This document shows positions 53,574-64,000 of a DNA stretch of 64,000 nucleotides, one piece after another. Both the position numbers and the translations under genes were made by a program. Origin of the DNA: the human T2T-CHM13v2.0 reference genome, Homo sapiens. Location: assembly GCF_009914755.1 (NCBI RefSeq), contig NC_060943.1. One strand, given 5' to 3'. The notes under the pieces were generated by a model that saw only the letters and a list, made by a program, of their open reading frames with translations, had not been told where the DNA came from and searched no databases. Position 1 is the first letter of the stretch. Every line of letters begins with the position of its first letter.

Positions 53574-55920
53574 CTGCAGGCAGGACAGAGAGAGTTATGG
53601 GTCACCCTCACGCCTGCCCAGCTCTAAAAGCTTCGGTTCATCATCTCAGGGGCAAACCTCAGTGGACCCGGGGGGCTTGTGGAACCCTTCCTAACCCAGC
53701 CTCACCCAGCCCGACTCATGAGGACACCAGTCAGCAGCTAACACCCAGACACCCTGGGACTCGGAGCACTTACAGGTCCATAAACTTAAATTAACTCTTC
53801 CGTCGGCTCTCTGCTGGCCAACTCCTACCCACCCACTAAAGCCCCAGCTTTCATACCCTCCTTGGGCAAAGACCTCACTCTCACGCCGAGCCTCCTCCCC
53901 ATCAGCCCCAAGTCCCTCCCTCTGGCCCAGCCCTGACTATGTGGACTGGGGTCTCTGTGTCAGATGCAGACTCTTCTGACCCTGTGAGAAAGGCTCATGA
54001 CAGCATGAGGGTGTGGAAGCTAACCCATGAGCTCTGGGGAGGCCCAGGGTCTCCCTGTCCCCACCTGCCAGTGTGGGAAGTGGGGCCGCCCTTTGCTGAA
54101 GCAGCAGCAGAGGCTCACCCATCGGGCAGGAGGCTGGCAGCCCGTGAGGGTGGAGCCGAATCTCATCACCCAGGAACAAGCCCAGTGTGGAGACCAGAAG
54201 CCTGCGTGGGGCAGGAGTTCCCGGCGCAGCAAGGGACGGGACGAGGACCTTGGTCCCGGGGCGGGGCGGGCGGGGCCCTTATCTCTCAGAACACTCACAG
54301 GCAACGCCCAGGACTCCAGAATCTTCTGCCCTGGGCAGGGAGGGCCTGCTTGGATCCTTCCCCCTTCCATCGGGGGCCACAGAGCACACCCGTGGAGAAG
54401 CAGGAGCGGGCCCTGGGCCTCCTCAGCTTGGCCACGGAGTTGCTGCCCTGCCTTGGTTTCCCTCTCTATAAATGATTTACAAACAGGCCCTACTTTTGCA
54501 GGGCTGGGGGTGTCCATGTCCAACTCCCAAGTCCAGAGGCTTCCCGAGAGCCAGGCCTGGGGGACCCAGCCCAGTGCTGATGTCTGTGACCGGCACCACC
54601 TCAGGCTGTTCTGCAGGCTCCCCCGCCCCGCCCCCTGCCCTCCCTGCTCATCCACACCAGAAACTTCTTTCAAATCGCATCCTTCTATTTCGGTGCCTTT
54701 GTGTTAATCATTCCCCCCGGGGAGTATTGGTGTTTAATTGCTGTCTGATTTGCATAATTATGCATATTAATCTCCAAGTCTAATGAATATTCATGCGCCT
54801 CATTTAGATTTTGTTTTCTAATCAAAAATTTCCAATGTGATTATGAGTGGGGGGCTGGGATGCTGCCTTGGCTGGGTTGGGGGCCAGGCAGGGGGCTCCT
54901 GTGGTCTCCAGGAATCCACACGGCATTCGCTGCCAGGTCTGGGCCATCTGCACCCCAAGATCCTGGTCCTGCACGTGGGCCCTGGTGAACAGGGCAGCTG
55001 CTGAGGCCAGGGTGGGCTGGCTGTGTAGGGGTGGGCACAGCGCCGGCACCCTCTGGGTCTCAGTTTGCCTCTATACCACCTGCATGTTGTCTGGTCCCCT
55101 CCGGCCATAGCCAGTACCCCAGGAGGTGCAGAGACCCCCAACTGAGCAAACGGGAGGCTCCTGGCACCCCAGCCCTCATCCCCTGGAAGGCCTGGTGTGG
55201 TGGGGGACCTCCTGGGGCCCCATGCCCAGGGATCGCCCCCGAAGTTCACTCCAACAGGCCTGTGCCAGAGGCACTGCGGCCTCAATCTGCCCTTTGGGGG
55301 AACCCTCCCTCACCCAGCCTTGGCCTCCTCCTAGAAATGACAAAAATAAGGACAGCCCCCACATTAATACAGTTATTAAAATCCCCCCCACCGATTAATG
55401 ATGCATTTTAATAACCCACCATGAATATTCATAATGCATCCATTGCTCCTGTTCTAATTAAAATGTACTAATAGAATAAGACACTGCTGTCAGAGTGTGG
55501 TTTTCTGTGATTTCTTTGGTGAAGCACCGCAGAGTTTTACCCGGGAAGGGCACCTTCCTGCCCTGGGCCAGCCTGGCTGCCTCGGGAGAGGCCTGCGAGT
55601 GGACGGCGCAGGGGCGCTGGGGAGAGGGCCCCAGGAGCGGCCCACCCCTTGGGCTTCAGTTCCAATTCCAGTCACGGGGTGTGGAAGCCGCCCACCTGCC
55701 TGGGCTGCCGTGAGGATAACAATGAAAGATGCTGCTTCAGAGAGGCCATCCGTAGCCAAGGAATGCTCCAGGCTGGTGGTTTCCCAGTCCCGGTCCCTGT
55801 TGGGTCCCCTCCTGAGAGGGACCGGGGACTGGTCTTTGCCTGGTGGCTCGTTGGCAAATGGGAGAGGGAGGCTTCAAAAGGCGCTTAGTAAATACCGGGT
55901 AGGACTGAGATTGGTCTGCA

Positions 55921-56140
55921 GCAGGGATCTGCAAACAGTACACAAGGACCAAGTCTGGCCCCTAAGCTGCTTTTTAAATAAAGTTTTATTGGCACACACT
56001 ATGCCCGTTTGTCCATGTACTATCAACGGCTGCTTTTGCTGCAACAGTAGAGTTGAATCAATTCCAATAGAGACCATCTGTCCTGCACAGCCAACAATAT
56101 TCACTCCTTGGTCCTTTCCGGAGAAGGCTGGCTGACCTTG
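55921..56140 (+). mobile_element. MER58A-like DNA transposon
   Basis: AATAAAGTTTTATTGGCACACA...GGCTGCTTTTGC...AGAGTTGA...AGAGACCAT...TGGTCCTTT...GCTGACC. Confidence 0.65.
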
Positions 56141-57352
56141 ATACAGAAAAAGACTGTCCAAGTGCCTTCAGCTGCCTCTGCACAAGAAACCCAATCGACA
56201 GACTTCAGTACCAGGAGTGGGGTTACCATGCCGGGCAGGCAAAACTATTGGTGGACACGGGCCCTGAACACAGCCCTGTGTACCGCCCCTGCCAAACCCT
56301 CAGGCACACCACCAGGTGGTCTGGCTTCAGATGGGCCTGGGGACTTCATCCTATAGCCCCAGCTCTGCAATGTGCCCCCACTCAGGTGCTCAGGCTAAAG
56401 TCCTGGGAGTCCTCCTCACCTTCCCTCCTCCCAAAGAACAGCAGCTTGCCCCATAGCTACAGCAGCGGGTTAAGCCCAGTCCCTGCAGCAGCTTCCTTCC
56501 AAGTCTGCTGACATCCTCAGGCAGCCGGATGGAGCCTTTAGAAGCAAAACTTGGCTCTTCTCCCTCCCTCTACCCTCTCTCATGGCTCCCCACCGTCCTC
56601 AGGATAAAGACCAAACTCTTTCCTGATCTCACCACTCTCCTCTTCCCCAACACAGGAGGTGACCCCCACCCACACCCCCTGCCTGAGCCCCTTCCCAGCC
56701 TGGGACCCCTCTTTGTCTGCAGCACTGCCTGGAACACAGCTGACGCCCCCAAAACACCCACCCTCAACGTCTTCATTTTACTCATAAATAACTGTGCTTC
56801 CAAGAACATTTTCCTGGAGGATCAAAATATTCTCCACCTCTGCTGTCCAATACGGGGACCACACTACCAACTGCTGGAAACGTGGCCAGCATTTTTTCAA
56901 GCACATTAAAAATTACATTTAAAAATGTGTATATGGCTAATGCCTGCTGTACTGAACAACCCAGTCCCCAAAAGCAAATGAAATAACAGCCACCACCAAA
57001 TACCACGGTCACGTCTAAAAACCAATTAACACCTCGACAGCTCCTCACGCAGGTTCCGTTTACTCGGGAGTAGGAGCGGGCCACCCGATACAGGGTCACT
57101 ATGACCCCCCAAGCCCGTGCCTCGCCCCGTCTCTTCTTCCTCCTTATAATTAAAATCGTGAAGGACCCCGATGGCAGCCTGTCCCACCGCCCTGCCTGGG
57201 TCTGGCCCCTGCAGCTTGTGATGCTTCTCAGACCCATTCCCAGCCCCTCTGGGGGTCATGACGGGTGAGATCAGACAGAGGTTTGAATCCGGGGGTGGCC
57301 TTTCCTTGGGTGGAGCAGTATTTTAAAAAATTTTTTTTTTCTTTTGCTTTGA

Positions 57353-57547
<195 letters not shown>

Positions 57548-58195
57548 TGAATCCCAGACCTCAAGTGATCCGTCTGCCTCAGACTCCCAAAGTGCTGGGA
57601 TTACAGGCATGAGCCACAACGCCTGGTGAATTTAAAAAAATTTTTTTGTAGAGATGGGGTCTCACTACATTGCCCAGGCTGGTCTCAAACTCCTGGACTC
57701 AGGCGCTCCTCCCACCTTGTATTTCCCAAAGCCCTGGGGTCACAGGCGTGCACAGCCTCCATTTTATCTAAATTCAAGCTATGGGAGAAGATGAAAGACC
57801 AGGATGCCCTCGGCCCAGCTCGCGCACTGCAGCCGCCCTGGGTTTATCTTCCTGTCGTGTCTTCTTGGTCAGGGCCCGCAGGCTGTGTAGCACATGCTCC
57901 CAGCTTCTGAGGAGGATCCCGAGTGGGGGAGAAAATGCTTCTGGGGCACCACAGAGCCCTTCCTTGTTGGGGGGCTGACGAGATCCCGCAAAGCCTCCCA
58001 CTTCGATCTGCCTCTAATGTCTGGCGATGGGGGGTGGGACAGCAGGGCCCTGTGGCCCGCCCGCGAGCAGACAAACCTGAGGCTGAAGAGAATGTGAGTG
58101 GAGACCACACACCACCCTAAGAGTGGGGGTCCCCACAGCACCTAAAGTGGCAGGACGTGCCCTCGGGTAGAGGCACAGTGAGGCTGTGCGGGCAA

Positions 58196-58555
58196 CACAG
58201 GCAACCTCCTCCGCCAGAACCGGGGACGCCTCGCAACCTCCTCCACCAGCACGGGGGACAACCTCCTCCGCCAGAACCGGGGACAACTGGCAACCTCCTC
58301 CACCAGAAGCGGGGACAACCTCCTCCACCAGAACCAGGGACAAGCTCCTCCCCCAGAACCAGGGGCGCCTCGCAACCTCCTCCACCAGAACCGAGGACGC
58401 CTGGCAACCTCCTCCACCAGAACCGAGGACGCCTGGCAACCTCCTCCACCAGAACCGGGGATGCCTGGCAACCTCCTCTACCAGAACCGAGGACAACCTC
58501 CTCCACCAGAACCAGGGACAACCTTCTCCCCCAGAAGCAGGGGCGCCTTGCAACC
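58196..58555 (+). repeat. Minisatellite of mixed 25/32-bp units (CAACCTCCTCCACCAGAACCGGGGAC[GCCTGG])
   Basis: Directly visible, about 12 units. Confidence 0.92.
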
Positions 58556-58782
58556 CCGCTCCCCCAAGGCCCTGGGGTTTCCCTGGAGGGCAGAGCTGGC
58601 CCCGAGAGTGGGCATCGAGCACAGATGTTAAGTAACAACTCAGAGAAACAGGGCCCCGCTTTGAATTTCAGTGACCACAGAGATAACCGAGACCCCATCC
58701 CGCTCTTGCTTCCATGTCTATGGGCATCACCAGTGACACCTGAGTGTGGGGACCGGAGAACCTGCCCCTCAAAACAAGCTCA

Positions 58783-59163
<381 letters not shown>

Positions 59164-60077
59164 CTAAAAAACGAGAAGACTGTCTTAAGCCTGTAAGCCC
59201 CATGGATCCTCAAAGAAATGGCAGAGCCTGGGGGTTCTAAGGAATGAAGTAGACAGTGAGCACATTTAATTACGAATCAAGAGATTCCTAGAAGCCGTAA
59301 CAAGACAGGCACACAAGGAAAGCCCTCTGGGGGCACTTTGTGAGTTCTCTCTCATTTCACTGAATCCTTGCAGTGGCTACATTACCCCTACCCTACAGAT
59401 AAGGAAACTGACGCAAAAGATAGATGCCATTTGCTCAAGCCCTCACAGTAAGTAGCAAAGTCACTATTTAATGATACAAATGTTTCCTAGTAAGATGCAA
59501 ATACACAATTATGAACAGATACAATGTTTTTTTGTTTTTTTTGTTTGTTTGTTTGAGACTGAGTCTGGCTCTGTCGCCCAGGCTGGACTACAGGCGCCCA
59601 CCACCGCGCCCGGCTAATTTTTTTGTATTTTTAACAGATACGGCATTTCACCGTGTTAACCAGGATGGTCTCGATCTCCTGACCTCATGATCCGCTGGCC
59701 TCGGACAATGTTTTTTAAAAGTAGCAATTTATTGGTAGCAAATACCAGCAGGGAAGAGAAATATACAGGCTCAATTTTCACCTTCTCACAGAAGGGGGCA
59801 GATGCGATTTCACTTCGGACGTTGAGAGCGCGAGAAACGGCGTGTTTAAACGTGTTCTTCACAACGCAGAATACTAACCGCTATTCAATCACGGCCTTAA
59901 ACGTGTTATTCAAAACTAGAAAAGAACCACTGGCAGAGCCGCAAAGCGGTACAGAGCTTCAGAAAACACACACCGGGGGAAGCAATCCGGAGTTGGGAGC
60001 ACACAGATGGAAAAACAAAATAAGACGATGGAAGGAAAAGCTGAGAACGAAGATGGACGGGTGCTTAACGTCTTTAA

Positions 60078-60533
<456 letters not shown>

Positions 60534-62027
60534 TGACAATGGCTCGACCCACAACGAAATCCCACTGTCTCAGCCCACACAAGCCCACAATCCTGGCATC
60601 TAAATACGTCAACAGAGAAACCGACAAACAGAACAGAGGGGGATGGCGCTGCTCTCAGCCTGACATTAAACAGATTAAAAATCTAAATATGGTTCAAAGG
60701 CCTCGCAGCTCCACATCCAACTATCCCTCAAGTACTCACAAAGAAGGACAAAAATAATCCATGTTTCAGCCTCGGCAGAGGAGCTCTGCGTCCTCCAAAC
60801 AGTAGCTACCGTTTAAGCCAAAGCTGAGTTTTGGCACTGGAGATCTAGAAATCAAGAAAGGACCTCCAACTTGGAACTCAGAAACCTCTGAAGCAACCTG
60901 ACCTGAAGAGGAAATTAGGAAAAAAAAAAAAAAAAAAAAAAAGGAACAAATGTCAGTAATATGAGAAAAACATGCATTATGGAAACCAATGGGATGGGGT
61001 TCACGGGGTGGAACCCTCAACACCACACTGATGGAACAGAAGAGGGCAGAAGTCAGCAAAAGGGGCCTGTGATCTGAAAGTCACCAAAAACTTTAGAAAG
61101 AGAAGAAATGCCGATAAAGAGGAAAATTGATCAATTGATCAATATCGATTTGCCAATGAAGCAGATTCTCCAGAAGAAAAATCAACGAGAGAGAGAAAAT
61201 GCACAGGGCAGCCGAGTCAAGAACAAAGAAACCACCTAAAAGTTGGCGCATTGAGGACCGCGGCGCCCTCAGCCTCCCTGCGCAGGTGGAAAGACAGGCG
61301 CCTCCAAACGTTATCAAAGAGCCGAACGGGGCCAGGCGCAGAGGGTCAGGCCTGGAATCCCAGCACTTTTGGCACGGGTGGACAGACAGGCGCCTACAAA
61401 CATTATCAAACAGCCAAATGAGGCCGGGCTCGGTGGCTCATGCCTGTAATCCCAGCACTTTGGGAGGCCGAGGCGGGAGGATCACCAGGTCAGGAGACCG
61501 AGACTGTCCTGGCTAACACGGTGAAACCCTGCCTCTACTAAAAATACAAAAAATTAGCGCAATGGTTACTAAACTCTCTAAGTTTCAGCTTCTTTACCAG
61601 TAAAATACGGTAATAATTACACCTATTTCGCTAACCTGTTAGAACTGAGAATTCCCAGTGAATAAGCCAAGCTTTGTGTCCAATGCACAGTGCTCAAGAA
61701 ACACTGATGTAAGCAGTGGCTCACACCTGTAATCCCAGCACTTCGGGAGGCCGAGGCGGGCGGATCACAAGGTCAGGAGATGGAGACCATCCTGGCTAAC
61801 AAGGTGAAACCCCGTCTCTACTAAAAATACAAAAACTTAGCCGGCACCTGTAGTCCCAGCTACTAGGGAGGCTAGGCAGGAGAATGGCGTGAACCTGGGA
61901 GGCGGAGCTTGCAGTGAGCTGAGATCACGCCACTGCACCCCAGCCTGGGTGACAGAGCATGACTCCGTCTCAAAAAAAAAAAAAAAGTGATGTAAATTGT
62001 TGTATTACTGATGTTGTTAAAAAGTTA

Positions 62028-62413
<386 letters not shown>

Positions 62414-62570
62414 TTATGCTAACGTAACAGAATAAAAGCTAATCTCAGAAGGTTGCAAACTATAGGATTCCATTTACACAAAATACTCAAAGTGAAAAAT
62501 TGGGCTGGGCACAGTGGCTCACACATGTAATCACAGCACTCTGGGAGGCTGAGGTAAGAGGATCACTTGA

Positions 62571-62828
<258 letters not shown>

Positions 62829-63295
62829 TAGGCTGGTCTTGAACTCCTGGCCTCATGTGATCCACACACCCTGGCTTCCCAAAATGCTGGGATTATAGGT
62901 GTGAGCCACCGCACCCAGCTGAAATTTTTCTTTTTTTTTAAACAGAGACAGGGTTTCTCCATGTTGCCCAGGCTGGTCTTGAACTCCTGGGCTCCGGCAA
63001 TTCTCCCATCTCAACCTCCCAAAGTGCTGGGGATTACCAGTGTGAGCCGCTGACCCAGCCCTCTACAAAATACATATTTTTTTAATTAGGTGGTCGCAGC
63101 TGCTCACAAGGCTGAGGTGGGAGGATCAGTTGAGCCCAGAACTTCAAGGCTACAGTCAGTTATGATCACACCACTGCACTCCAGTCTGGACAACAGAGTG
63201 AGACCTGGTCCCTAAAAAAAAAAAATCGTACAGATGAAGAACAGATTGGTGATTCCTGGGCTTAAAGAAGGTGCATGTCTCAAAACTGCACAGAA

Positions 63296-63297
<2 letters not shown>

Positions 63298-63335
<38 letters not shown>

Positions 63336-63505
63336 GCGTACACACACGCACGCAGACACAGACGCAGACACGCACACACGCGCAGACGCACAGACACGCA
63401 CGCGCAGACGCACACACACGTGCGCACACACGCACGCACACGCACAGACGCGCACACGCACAGACACACACCCGCACGCACACACAGACACACACACGTG
63501 CGTGT
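63298..63505 (+). repeat. (CA)n microsatellite extended by degenerate CACG/CGCA/CAGA repeats
   Basis: Directly visible. Confidence 0.95.
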
Positions 63506-64000
63506 AAAGCCGGTGGAATCTGATCAGGATCTGTGGACGGCACCAATGTCGGCTTCCTAGGTCTGACGCAGCACCACGGGTGGGCGGGACGGTACCCCTG
63601 GGGGTGGCTAGGTGAGAGGAGAACACTCTGCCACTTCCTGTGAATCCCGAAAGACTTCAGAATAAAAAGTGGATCAACTTCAAGGACGAGGGCCCAAGAG
63701 AGTAACAGAAAATTCACCAGAGAGCCATTCACAGGGTCAATCCCCTTCCGAGAAGACCACCGCCCTCTATTAAACAAGTGGCAGGTGAAAGGACACGATC
63801 TTTGTCACCTATTAAATGAGACAGGCCGTGCTGTCACCACGTTGGCCAGGCTGGTCTCGAACACCTAGTCCCAGGTACTCCTCTTGCCTTGGCCTCCCAA
63901 GTGCTGGGATTACAGGCCTGAGCCACCGCGCCCGGTCACAAGGGACGCTTTCAATGTGAAAAAGCATCCAGGGACCCAGCAATTCCACTCCCAGACACGC

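Noticed and set aside
56308-56324. CTCF-like motif CCACCAGGTGGTC (similar partial matches near 23050, 40960 and 55606)
   Set aside because: Partial matches are common in GC-rich DNA and cannot be supported without ChIP data.
63156-63777. His/Thr and Cys/Val repeat ORFs
   Set aside because: Translations of the (CA)n tract.

Overview
Human-type genomic DNA (very Alu-rich, GC-rich) that I recognise as the chr19p13.3 MBD3-UQCR11-TCF3 region. Three head-to-tail genes lie on the minus strand: MBD3 coding exons 1-5 (3' end beyond the left edge), all of UQCR11 (3 exons, 56 aa), and TCF3/E2A exons 4-19 with the mutually exclusive E12 and E47 bHLH exons and the 3'UTR (exons 1-3 beyond the right edge). 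Exon boundaries were set by hand from GT/AG sites and reading frame. Most six-frame ORFs are Alu- or repeat-derived noise. The top observation is a 16-nt intronic element between the E12 and E47 exons that is complementary to the 5' splice sites of both, a candidate competing RNA-pairing switch for E12/E47 choice. Others: an in-frame MBD3 intron-2 ATG giving a histone-H3-like ART N-terminus, a POU-motif cluster in TCF3 intron 3, a switch-region-like VNTR, the MER20/CpG translocation hotspot, several stop-free in-frame TCF3 introns, and phased BCL6/STAT sites. Repeat boundaries and subfamily names are approximate and were assigned by eye.
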